From positions 1-64,000 of the forward strand of contig JAGVGF010000003.1 in NCBI GenBank assembly GCA_020057295.1: 64,000 bases of DNA. The letters run 5' to 3'. Below are positions 1 to 9,407 of the stretch, piece after piece. This DNA is from an archaeon (GTDB lineage Archaea; Nanobdellota; Nanobdellia; Woesearchaeales; UBA9642). The notes under the pieces were generated by a model. The model had not been told where the DNA came from. It ran no database searches and saw only the letters and a program-made list of their open reading frames with translations. How positions within the stretch are numbered: the stretch's first letter is position 1; each line of letters starts with the position of its first letter. A program made the position numbers and the translations under genes.

Positions 1-212
1 AGAAAATAATAATATAATATATATAATAAAAAAGATGTTATTCTTAATAATAATTGTAAAATATAGTTTGTAGTTAAGGTTTGTGCTTAAAATTTAATAA
101 CTTTTTTATTTTTTATTCATAAGTTCCAATAGAAATGAAGGGGTCTACTCTATTCTATAAAGATACTATTCCAATCACGAAATATTTATATAACCTTTGT
201 TTCTTCTGGAAG
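1..212. promoter_or_regulatory. Replication origin (oriC): AT-rich unwinding region plus two inverted ORB elements
   Basis: GTTCCAATAGAAATGAAGGGGT at 123-144 (+) and CTTCCAGAAGAAACAAAGGT at 193-212 (-) match the archaeal ORB consensus (TTCCA-N3-GAAAN..G-string). Positions 1-120 are very AT-rich. Lies directly upstream of cdc6. Confidence 0.85.
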
Positions 213-286
213 TATGTTGTGGGTATTGTATTAATTATTAATATTTTTTAAGCATATTTTAATAACAGTTTAGAGAGGTATTTTAA

Positions 287-1495
287 ATGGATGTTTCAAA
301 TTTTTTAGAAAATTTTATTCGTAAAGAGTCTCTTTTTAAGAATAAATCTATACTACAAAGCTCTTATAATCCAGATGAAATAATGCATAGAGATGAGCAA
401 ATAAACAATATTGCTAAAGTTTTAGCTCCAGCACTAAGACAAGAAAGACCTTCTAATCTATTTATATACGGCAAAACTGGTTCAGGAAAAACATTATCAG
501 TTCATGCAACCATAAAACAGATTCAAACATTAGCACAAAGAGAGGGAATACCTATTAAATTTATATATATTAATTGTAAATTAAAAAAGGTTGCAGATAC
601 AGAATATAGGTTAGTTGCCGAAATTACAAGACATTTTGGTAAGAGTATTCCTCCAACAGGTCTTCCTACTGATGAAGTATATAATATATTTTATAAGGCA
701 TTAGATCAAGAAAAACAAACAGTAATATTAGTTCTTGATGAAATAGATCAACTCGTTAAAAAAATAGGTGATGAAGTAATATATAATTTAACCAGAATTA
801 ATACAGAGTTAAAAAACGCGCAGTTATGTTTATTAGGAATAAGCAACGACATAATGTTTGCTGATAATTTAGATCCAAGAGTTAAAAGTTCTTTAAGCGA
901 AGAAGAATTAGTCTTTCCATCATATAATGCACTTCAAATACAAGATATATTAAAAGTAAGATCTCAGGATGCTATAAAAGACGGCATATTAGAAGAGGGA
1001 GTAATTCCTAAATGTGCAGCATATGCTGCGCGAGAACACGGTGATGCCAGAAGAGCATTAGAATTATTACGTGTAGCTGTAGAACTTGCTGAACGTAAAG
1101 GTTTAGTTAAAATAACAACCAAAGAATTAGATGAAGCAGAGGAAAAGATAGAAAAAGATCGTGTATTAGATATAATAACAACACAACCCAAACAATTTCA
1201 ATTAGTTCTTTATTCTATATTATTATTGTATGATCAACGTAAACAACAAAATATAATCTTTACAGGAGAAATTTATTTATTATATAAAGAATTATGTGCA
1301 AAGGTTAATCTCAGACCATTAACACAGCGAAGGGTTAGTGATGTTATTGCAGAATTTGATTTATTAGGAATAATTAATGCTAAAGTAATATCTAAAGGAA
1401 GATATGGTAGAACTAGAGAAGTATCTGTTGTAACAAACGATACACTAAACGCTAAAATAAAATCCTTACTAGAAGGTGCACTACAGTTAGGTTAG
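287..1495 (+). CDS. cdc6: Orc1/Cdc6 replication initiator
   Basis: Walker A GKTGSGKT, Walker B VLDEID, sensor-2 HGDARRAL, C-terminal wHTH ending GRYGRTR. Confidence 0.97.
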   Translation: MDVSNFLENFIRKESLFKNKSILQSSYNPDEIMHRDEQINNIAKVLAPALRQERPSNLFIYGKTGSGKTLSVHATIKQIQTLAQREGIPIKFIYINCKLKKVADTEYRLVAEITRHFGKSIPPTGLPTDEVYNIFYKALDQEKQTVILVLDEIDQLVKKIGDEVIYNLTRINTELKNAQLCLLGISNDIMFADNLDPRVKSSLSEEELVFPSYNALQIQDILKVRSQDAIKDGILEEGVIPKCAAYAAREHGDARRALELLRVAVELAERKGLVKITTKELDEAEEKIEKDRVLDIITTQPKQFQLVLYSILLLYDQRKQQNIIFTGEIYLLYKELCAKVNLRPLTQRRVSDVIAEFDLLGIINAKVISKGRYGRTREVSVVTNDTLNAKIKSLLEGALQLG

Positions 1496-1503
1496 GTGTA
1501 TAT

Positions 1504-3231
1504 ATGAATGAACAGGAAATCATAGATTTTTATATAGATAATGATATACTGATAAGTCCGGAATTATTATTAGATTTAAAAAATTTACAGATCCCTATAA
1601 ATACTAAATATACAGTAATAAATAAAGACGTTTTAAATATACTCTCTAAAAAGATAGATGTTGATGTAGTAGATTTAGAAAAGGCCTTAGTTCTTAAACA
1701 AAAACATCATGATTCAAAACTTTATGAAAAATTTATAGAATATCTAAAAGAAGATTTATCACAACAAAAAACAAACAACACAACTACTTCGAATAATATT
1801 AAAGATATTGGTCAGAAAAATGTTGAAAACATCACAACATCATTAAATAAAATACAAACACGCGACATAGACAGCACGTTTGGTTTTGATGAAGATTTTC
1901 TTAAGAGAAATAAAATAAAGATAGTTTCTAATTATACTAGTAAGACAAAAAAATGGTCTGTTAATGATTTTGTGGGACTATATAATTCTAGATATAAAGA
2001 ATTAGAAAAAATATTGCGTTCAAGAACAGAATTACAGGGCTTAACATCTATATCAAGAATTTCTGCAAAAAAAGAAAGAGAAAATGTAGCACTGATTGGC
2101 TTCGTATATGAAAAAGGACTAACAAAAGCAGGAAACATAATGCTAACTATAGAAGATCCGACAGGATTCATCAAAGTGGTTGTTACTAAAGTTAAAGAAG
2201 AATTATTCAAATTAGCAGAAGAAATACAGTTAGATGAAATAATAGGCGTAACAGGAATGTGTGATCAAATTGTTTTTGCAAATAATTTATTTATTCCAGA
2301 CATCCCATTAACAAAAGAATTAAAAAAAAGCCCCGAAGAAGGATACTTTGTTCTAATATCTGATCCACAAGTTGGTAATAAACGTTTTTTAGAGAAGGAA
2401 TTTAATAAATTTTTAGCATGGATTAATGGAGAGATAGGCAACGACAAGCAAAGAGAAATAGCTTCTAAAGTAAAATATGTCTTTATTGCAGGAGATCTTG
2501 TTGAAGGTGTAGGAATATATCCTGATCAAGAGTATGATTTAGCAATTATCGATATTAGAAAACAATACGAAGCGGTTGCGGAACTACTAAAAAAAATTCC
2601 CACACATCTTCCAATAATTTTCTGTTTAGGAAATCATGATGTTGGTAGAATGAGTGAACCACAACCACCATTAACAGGAGAATATGCTCAACCACTCTTG
2701 GATCTTCCGAACGTAATATCTTTAAGCAATCCATCAACCGTAAACATATATGCACAACCCGATAAGGGTTTTGAAGGTTTAGATGTGATGTTATATCATG
2801 GAGGATCATTCTTTTATTATATTAATAATGTTTTATCTATTAGAAGAAACGGAGCTTACAAGCGTTCAGATCTTGTCATGAAATATTTATTACAACGAAG
2901 ACATCTTGCTCCAAGTCATACTTCAACACTATATATTCCCGATTCTAAAAAAGATCCGTTATTAATTGATAAAGTCCCAGATTTTCTTTTTTCAGGTCAC
3001 ATTCATAGATCAACAGTAAATAACTATAGAAATGTTACATGTATTAATGCATCATGTTGGACTGCAAAGAGTCCAGAGCAAGAACGTAGAGGTTTAGAAC
3101 CACAGCCGGCCAGAGCATTCATAATCGATATGCAAACAAGAGAAGTTAAAATTATGAATTTCTTATCTAAAGAAGATCAAGAAAAAGAGCAACAAGCCTT
3201 AGAAGATGAAAAGGTGATTGCAAATGGTTGA
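1504..3231 (+). CDS. polB: DNA polymerase D small subunit DP1 (proofreading exonuclease)
   Basis: OB fold followed by calcineurin-like motifs AGDLVEGVGIYP, GNHD, HG, GHIH. Sits between cdc6 and DP2. Confidence 0.95.
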   Translation: MNEQEIIDFYIDNDILISPELLLDLKNLQIPINTKYTVINKDVLNILSKKIDVDVVDLEKALVLKQKHHDSKLYEKFIEYLKEDLSQQKTNNTTTSNNIKDIGQKNVENITTSLNKIQTRDIDSTFGFDEDFLKRNKIKIVSNYTSKTKKWSVNDFVGLYNSRYKELEKILRSRTELQGLTSISRISAKKERENVALIGFVYEKGLTKAGNIMLTIEDPTGFIKVVVTKVKEELFKLAEEIQLDEIIGVTGMCDQIVFANNLFIPDIPLTKELKKSPEEGYFVLISDPQVGNKRFLEKEFNKFLAWINGEIGNDKQREIASKVKYVFIAGDLVEGVGIYPDQEYDLAIIDIRKQYEAVAELLKKIPTHLPIIFCLGNHDVGRMSEPQPPLTGEYAQPLLDLPNVISLSNPSTVNIYAQPDKGFEGLDVMLYHGGSFFYYINNVLSIRRNGAYKRSDLVMKYLLQRRHLAPSHTSTLYIPDSKKDPLLIDKVPDFLFSGHIHRSTVNNYRNVTCINASCWTAKSPEQERRGLEPQPARAFIIDMQTREVKIMNFLSKEDQEKEQQALEDEKVIANG

Positions 3232-6200
3232 ATGTAGTAAGGACATGCAAAAATATTTTGATGAACTAGAAGATGCGTGTGCAAAGGCCGTAAAAATCGC
3301 CGACAATGCTCGTTCTAAAGGATATGATTATGCTGAAAAATCTGAAATCTTTCTAGCTAAAAACATGGCAGAAAGAGTTATTGGTATTATAGCTGTTGTG
3401 GCCCCACAAATACAGAATGGTGGAGCTACTGAAAGAATAATGGAGTTAGAAAAACAGTACGGTATTTTAGATTGGCGTGTAGCATTTACAATAGCTGAAG
3501 AAGTTGCGCGTGAAAAATTCTGTAAATTTAAAGATCAAAAAGAAGCCATGGAAATAGGTATAAGAACAGGATTCGCTTATGTTACAAATGGTGTTGTTTC
3601 TAGTCCTATTGAAGGTTTTACTCATTTAGACATAGTAGATAGGATGGATCATCAAGGAAAATATTTTTGCGTAAATTTTTCTGGTCCTATCAGAAATGCC
3701 GGTGGAACAGCTGCTGCCGTGTGTGTATTAATCGCAGATTTTGTTAGAGTAAAATTTGGATTTGCAAAATATGATGCGACAGACATAGAAATTAAAAGAA
3801 CATTTCAAGAAGTAGAAGATTATCATACAAGATATAGTCCTAGACAATATATGCCTAGTCGTGATGAGATAGATTTTTTAATGAAAAATGTTCCTGTGCA
3901 GATTGGTGCAGAGCAAAGCGAAAAATATGAGGTTTCTAATTATAAAGATCTTCCAAGAGTTCCAACAAATCTTGTCAGAAGCGGATTCTGTTTGTTATAT
4001 ACAGATTGTATTCCTTTAAAAGCTCCTAAGTTATGGAAAGCGTTAAAAATTTGGGGTAAAGATTTTGATATGATTGATTGGATGTTCTTAGAAGAGTATT
4101 TGAATATTCAGAAGCAAGCAAAAGCGCAAAGAAAGAAAGGAGATTCTAGTGGAGCAAAGATTACTCCAGATTATACTTATATTAAAGATTTAGTTGCAGG
4201 AAGACCTGTGTTGGGTTATCCTCTTAGAACAGGAGCTTTCAGATTACGGTATGGTAGAGGAAGAGTATCCGGATATAGTGCACAATCTATACATCCTGCA
4301 ACGATGTTTGTATTGAATAATTATGTGGCTACTGCAACACAATTAAAAGTTGAACGCCCCGGTAAAGCCACAGCAATAACAGTATGTGATTCTATCGATG
4401 GTCCTATTGTAAAATTATATAATGGTAATGTTTTGATGTTAGAAACTGAAGCAATGTCAAAACAGTATAAAAAAGAGGTTAAGGAAATATTGTTTGCAGG
4501 AGACGTATTAGTTGCTTACGGAGATTTTTTTAATAGAAATCATTTACTTGTGCCTCCAGGATATTGTCAAGAGTTTTGGATTTTAGAATTAGAAAAATCT
4601 GCATTAGAAAAATTTCCTAAAAGCTTAAGTGAAATAGCTCCTAAAGATTATACTAACATAGATTTAGAAAAACTATCACAATTTGTAAGAATTCCGCAAG
4701 ATAAGTTAGATATATTATTCCGCAGACCTATAAAAACAAAAATAAGTGTGCAAGCAGCACTAGAATTATCTAGCAAATTAAATATTCCTCTACATCCGCA
4801 GCACACATATTATTGGAAGACCATAAATATCTATGAGTTCAGAACACTTATTTCTTGGTTCGAATCAGCAAAAATAGTTCACTTTGAAAATAAAGAAGAT
4901 GGATTAATAGAAAAAATTATTTTGCCGAAAAGTGATGCTAAGAGAGTTCTAGAAATATTAGGCATTCCACACTTATTTGTAAATAATGAGTTTGTAGTAA
5001 TTGAAGAAGATCATGCACAAGCAATATTATCTACTTTAAACATTCACGATATGCTTATTAAGGAAGATGTTAACGCGATATTACATCAAATCAATGATAT
5101 TATTGAAAAAAAGAACAACAATGAAACTGTTGAAGATGATGTGCTAGCATTGATTAACACTATTGCCCCCTTTATTATTAGAGATAAAGCAGGGGTATTT
5201 ATTGGTTCTAGAATGGGTAGACCAGAAAAAGCAAAAATGCGTAAATTAATAGGTCAACCACACACACTATTTCCAGTAGGAGAGGAAGGCGGAAAATTAA
5301 GAAGTTTTCAATCAGCAATGGATGCAAAGAAGGTTACAGCAAATTTTCCGATATTTTATTGTGAAAAATGTAAGAAGAAAACAGTATTCGCGGTTTGTGA
5401 AACTTGTGATAAACACACAACAAAACTAGAATATTGTATAGATTGCAAATCTACAGAATGCACAAATACTGCTCATAGAAAGGCGAATAATGGTCCGTTT
5501 CAACTTGATATCAATGCTGTTTTTGCAGATCTTCTAAAACGTTTAGACACTAAAATCTATCCTGATATGATTAAAGGAATAAGAGGCACAGCTAACGAAA
5601 ATCATATTCCAGAACACTTGCTTAAAGGAATATTGAGAGCAAAGTACAGTATTGCTGTAAACAAAGATGGAACCACAAGATATGATTGTTCAGAAATCCC
5701 TATAACACATTTTAAGCCAAAAGAAGTTGGTGTATCGATAGACGAGCTGAAAAAGTTAGGATATGTATATGATACAAAAGGGCGCGTTTTAGAACGTGAA
5801 GATCAAATATTAGAAATTAAACCTCAAGATTTACTCTTACCTTGTTGTCCAGATAGTCCAGATGAACCAGCTGATGAAGTTTTATTTAGAACTACAAAGT
5901 TTATTGACGAATTATTAGACAAACTTTATGGACTTAAACCTTATTACAAACTGGAATGTAAAGAAGATTTGGTGGGACATTATATTATAGGACTAGCGCC
6001 CCACACCTCAGCAGGAACGTTAGGAAGAATAATAGGATTTAGTAAAACTCAAGGATTCTTAGCACATCCAATGTTTCACGCAGCAATGCGTAGAGATGCC
6101 GACGGAGACGAATCATGTATATTTTTATTAATGGATGGTTTACTTAATTTTTCTAAACAATATTTATCTAATAGAAGAGGAGCCACAATGGATGCGCCCT

Positions 6201-6847
6201 TAGTATTAACAACAATACTTAATCCGGCAGAAGTTGATGACATGGTCTTTGATTTAGATATAGGATGGAGATATCCATTAGAATTTTATCAGGCAGCGCT
6301 AGATTTTAAGCCAGCACCAACAATAAAAATTAAGCAAATGGGTAAATTTATTGGAACACCAGGACAATATGAAGGAATGGGATTTACACACGATACTGAT
6401 GATATAAATGCAGGGGTATTGTGTTCTGAATATAAGTTACTTCCATCAATGGAAGAAAAACTACTCGGTCAAATGGATTTAGCTATTAAAATAAGAGCTG
6501 TAGATACGGGAGATGTAGCAAGATTAGTTATTGAAAAACATTTTATTAGAGATATTAAAGGTAATTTAAGAAAGTTTAGTACACAACAATTCAGATGCGG
6601 ATCATGTAATACTAAATATCGTAGACCTCCATTAATCGGAAGATGTGTGAAGTGTCATAGTAAAATAATATTTACTATTTCAGAAGGCAGCATTGTTAAA
6701 TATTTAGAACCAACTATAAGTTTAGGCGAGAAATTTAATATTCCTACATACTTAAAACAGACAATTGAATTAACTAAGAAACGTATAGAAGCTTATTTCG
6801 GAAAAGAAGAAGAACATCAAGAAGGACTAGGAAAATGGTTCGGATAA
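3218..6847 (+). CDS. polC: DNA polymerase D large subunit DP2
   Basis: GPIRNAGGTA, FRLRYGR, RMGRPEKAK, catalytic RRDADGDE, C-terminal Zn finger and PIP-like QEGLGKWF. No intein seen. Confidence 0.97.
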   Translation: MQMVECSKDMQKYFDELEDACAKAVKIADNARSKGYDYAEKSEIFLAKNMAERVIGIIAVVAPQIQNGGATERIMELEKQYGILDWRVAFTIAEEVAREKFCKFKDQKEAMEIGIRTGFAYVTNGVVSSPIEGFTHLDIVDRMDHQGKYFCVNFSGPIRNAGGTAAAVCVLIADFVRVKFGFAKYDATDIEIKRTFQEVEDYHTRYSPRQYMPSRDEIDFLMKNVPVQIGAEQSEKYEVSNYKDLPRVPTNLVRSGFCLLYTDCIPLKAPKLWKALKIWGKDFDMIDWMFLEEYLNIQKQAKAQRKKGDSSGAKITPDYTYIKDLVAGRPVLGYPLRTGAFRLRYGRGRVSGYSAQSIHPATMFVLNNYVATATQLKVERPGKATAITVCDSIDGPIVKLYNGNVLMLETEAMSKQYKKEVKEILFAGDVLVAYGDFFNRNHLLVPPGYCQEFWILELEKSALEKFPKSLSEIAPKDYTNIDLEKLSQFVRIPQDKLDILFRRPIKTKISVQAALELSSKLNIPLHPQHTYYWKTINIYEFRTLISWFESAKIVHFENKEDGLIEKIILPKSDAKRVLEILGIPHLFVNNEFVVIEEDHAQAILSTLNIHDMLIKEDVNAILHQINDIIEKKNNNETVEDDVLALINTIAPFIIRDKAGVFIGSRMGRPEKAKMRKLIGQPHTLFPVGEEGGKLRSFQSAMDAKKVTANFPIFYCEKCKKKTVFAVCETCDKHTTKLEYCIDCKSTECTNTAHRKANNGPFQLDINAVFADLLKRLDTKIYPDMIKGIRGTANENHIPEHLLKGILRAKYSIAVNKDGTTRYDCSEIPITHFKPKEVGVSIDELKKLGYVYDTKGRVLEREDQILEIKPQDLLLPCCPDSPDEPADEVLFRTTKFIDELLDKLYGLKPYYKLECKEDLVGHYIIGLAPHTSAGTLGRIIGFSKTQGFLAHPMFHAAMRRDADGDESCIFLLMDGLLNFSKQYLSNRRGATMDAPLVLTTILNPAEVDDMVFDLDIGWRYPLEFYQAALDFKPAPTIKIKQMGKFIGTPGQYEGMGFTHDTDDINAGVLCSEYKLLPSMEEKLLGQMDLAIKIRAVDTGDVARLVIEKHFIRDIKGNLRKFSTQQFRCGSCNTKYRRPPLIGRCVKCHSKIIFTISEGSIVKYLEPTISLGEKFNIPTYLKQTIELTKKRIEAYFGKEEEHQEGLGKWFG

Positions 6848-6872
6848 TTTTACAAATTTTATATATTGTTTT

Positions 6873-7259
6873 TTAAGGTTCATAAGAATTATTTCTTCCA
6901 AGAATATGTCTTACGCCTCCCTTCGGTTCACTGACATCTCCCATATATCTAGGAATTAAATGGATATGTAAATGATCTATACTCCTACCCGCTGCTTTTC
7001 CATCATTAACACCGATATTATATCCGTCAGGAGAATGATTCTCATCTAAAATTTTCTTTACTTCTTTTAAAAAAATATGTAAATCACAAGTATCTTCATC
7101 AGCCACATCAAAAAAAGATATTATATGTTTTTTTGGAACGACAACAGTATGTCCCTTTGTAATTGGACGAGCATCAGAAATCGCAGCAAATTTTTCACTT
7201 TCTAAAATAATTTCAGAACTTCTATCTTTAAGTATATCACAAATTCTACACTCACTCAT
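6873..7259 (-). CDS. HIT family hydrolase
   Basis: CRIC N-terminus, GHTVVVPKKH, histidine triad HLHIHLIPR. Confidence 0.93.
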   Translation of the reverse strand: MSECRICDILKDRSSEIILESEKFAAISDARPITKGHTVVVPKKHIISFFDVADEDTCDLHIFLKEVKKILDENHSPDGYNIGVNDGKAAGRSIDHLHIHLIPRYMGDVSEPKGGVRHILGRNNSYEP

Positions 7260-7267
7260 TTTATCTC

Positions 7268-7675
7268 TTAAATTTTAGAATTTACTGAATGTTTTGCACC
7301 ACATGCTTGACATCTAACAAAAGTTATTACTCCTTCTTTGGTTAGTTTAGTGTCCGGTTTTCCACATTCCTTACATATAACATATGTCTCAACATACTGT
7401 TCAATTTTTTCGTTAATTTTTTGTGAAGGGATTTTTGTATTAAAAACAAGTAATTGTTTTTTTATCTCTCCCTTTGCAGCAGTTTCCCTAGAGATATACT
7501 TTAATAAATGTTCAGGATTTCTTCTAATTGTGTTTGCAATCTGTAGAAAATTGCTTATAACAGTCTTATTTCCCTCTAAATGTCCTGCAACCTTAGGGAT
7601 AGTAAAACGTTCAGTAGCTACGGTATTCTCTGGAAGCTTACTCTTTCCACGATCCAACATAGATTCATAATCCAT
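7268..7675 (-). CDS. eif2b: Translation initiation factor aIF2 beta
   Basis: ERFTIP, GNKTVISNF, YVICKECGKPDT...CQACGA Zn ribbon. Confidence 0.95.
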   Translation of the reverse strand: MDYESMLDRGKSKLPENTVATERFTIPKVAGHLEGNKTVISNFLQIANTIRRNPEHLLKYISRETAAKGEIKKQLLVFNTKIPSQKINEKIEQYVETYVICKECGKPDTKLTKEGVITFVRCQACGAKHSVNSKI

Positions 7676-7780
7676 AACTCAAAAGAATAATTGCTGCCTT
7701 ATAAATTTTATTACTACTCTATTCAATAAAGTTTATAAATATGTTTCTCGTGAATATCTTCATAATGATTTTGTAAAGAG

Positions 7781-8713
7781 GTGTATTTTTTGGTCTTAGA
7801 AAATCTTATTAGTCCTGAGAAAGCAGAAAACAAACCAGCGTTAATGATATTTATAGGATTTTTTTACACATCATTAGCAATGTTTCTAAGTTATTATATT
7901 TTTGAGGCATACAGCAGTATATTTATGATATTTTTAGCAACATTAGCTGCAGCACCAACCATCTATAGATTAATGAAGATGGAAGAGCAGAAAGATTTAA
8001 CAGACATGGAAGAATCGGTACTACTTAAAGAACATTCTAAAGCTCTACAATCATTCATGTATTTGTTTGTTGGTGCAACATTATGTTTTGCGTTCTGGTA
8101 TGTAGTACTTCCTGCGGGAATTAGTGGAACACTATTTCAATCACAATCAACAACAATAAGTTCAATAAATGGAAGAACTGTAGATACGGCTTCAATAAGT
8201 GGAGATGTTATTAATCCTCTCGCTGTTTTCAGTAAAATATTCTTTAATAATGTAAAGGTTTTATTATTCTGCATATTATTTTCGTTCCTTTATGGAGCAG
8301 GGGCAATATTTATCTTGATATGGAATGCATCAATAGTAGGCACAGCAATCGGATCTTTTATTAAAGCGAGTATAGGAACATTGTTGATGAATACTTGCGG
8401 ATTAAATGCAGGAACGGCGTTTTGTGCAGTAAGTGTAGGAATATTCAAATATACTATACATGGTGTTCCTGAAATACTTGCATATTTTATCGCAGCACTC
8501 GCAGGAGGAATAATTAGTATAGCTGTTATTAATCATGATTTCGCGTCAAGAAAATTCGAACACATATTATTAGATAGCGCAGATTTGCTAATGCTAAGCA
8601 TAGGAATACTTTTTGTTGCAGCGTTATTAGAAGTTTTTATTACACCCGCATTAAGCATAGATAAAAGTATGTATTCGTCATGTCTAGGAATGTTTTCGTG
8701 TAGTTTAGCCTAA
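7781..8713 (+). CDS. SpoIIM/DUF95-family integral membrane protein
   Basis: Multiple TM helices, IFFNN, HGVPEILAY, AALLEVFITP. Confidence 0.8.
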   Translation: MYFLVLENLISPEKAENKPALMIFIGFFYTSLAMFLSYYIFEAYSSIFMIFLATLAAAPTIYRLMKMEEQKDLTDMEESVLLKEHSKALQSFMYLFVGATLCFAFWYVVLPAGISGTLFQSQSTTISSINGRTVDTASISGDVINPLAVFSKIFFNNVKVLLFCILFSFLYGAGAIFILIWNASIVGTAIGSFIKASIGTLLMNTCGLNAGTAFCAVSVGIFKYTIHGVPEILAYFIAALAGGIISIAVINHDFASRKFEHILLDSADLLMLSIGILFVAALLEVFITPALSIDKSMYSSCLGMFSCSLA

Positions 8714-8750
8714 TCTTTTTAGAATTAATAATTCAAAATTTATTCTATTA

Positions 8751-9386
8751 TCACAATAATTTTATGTTTCCTGCCTTTGATTCGTAGATTTCTCCGCGCA
8801 TCATCATATCGCTAATTATATCTTCGCCATTGCTAACTTTAGATAATCTTAAAACATCTTCTATGTTTGCTCCTTCTCCTTTATCTAGTTCTTTGATAAG
8901 TTTTGCAATTCTTTCTTTAGATCCTAAAGTGCTTGCATTTTCAACTATTTCAGGTTCGGCTTTCTTTTCAACATGTATTTGTTCCATTTCTCTAACTTTT
9001 TTTATTAACAATAATTCTTTTTTACGATAATTAAGCCATTCTTTTTCTATACTCTTAACAATTTCCAATGTCAAATATATTTTATTGTTATATTCTCTAG
9101 GTCTACCTATTATTAATACTACGCTGCCAACATTTATTTCATTTATTTGTTCTACTCTTTCAAACAATCTTCCACTAATACTGCCTGTACCATCATCTAC
9201 TGTTAAACTATTTTCATCCTTGCCAACAACTACTGCCATAATATTTATTCTAGAAAAATCACCGTACTCAGTCATTAAATAGTTTGATTCCCAGCCTGGT
9301 TTCTTAACGAACGAACCATTATTTAACGTGGAAATATTGCATTTATATGCTGTCTGTCTCTTAAAATCTGTTGTTTGCTCTGCCAT
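8751..9386 (-). CDS. RPA32-like ssDNA-binding subunit (OB fold plus wHTH)
   Basis: RQTAYK, RINIMAVVV, VDDGTGSI, IIGRPREY, C-terminal GEIYE wHTH. Downstream of mcm. Confidence 0.8.
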   Translation of the reverse strand: MAEQTTDFKRQTAYKCNISTLNNGSFVKKPGWESNYLMTEYGDFSRINIMAVVVGKDENSLTVDDGTGSISGRLFERVEQINEINVGSVVLIIGRPREYNNKIYLTLEIVKSIEKEWLNYRKKELLLIKKVREMEQIHVEKKAEPEIVENASTLGSKERIAKLIKELDKGEGANIEDVLRLSKVSNGEDIISDMMMRGEIYESKAGNIKLL

Positions 9387-9407
9387 TTTAATTTTTTATA
9401 ATTTCAA

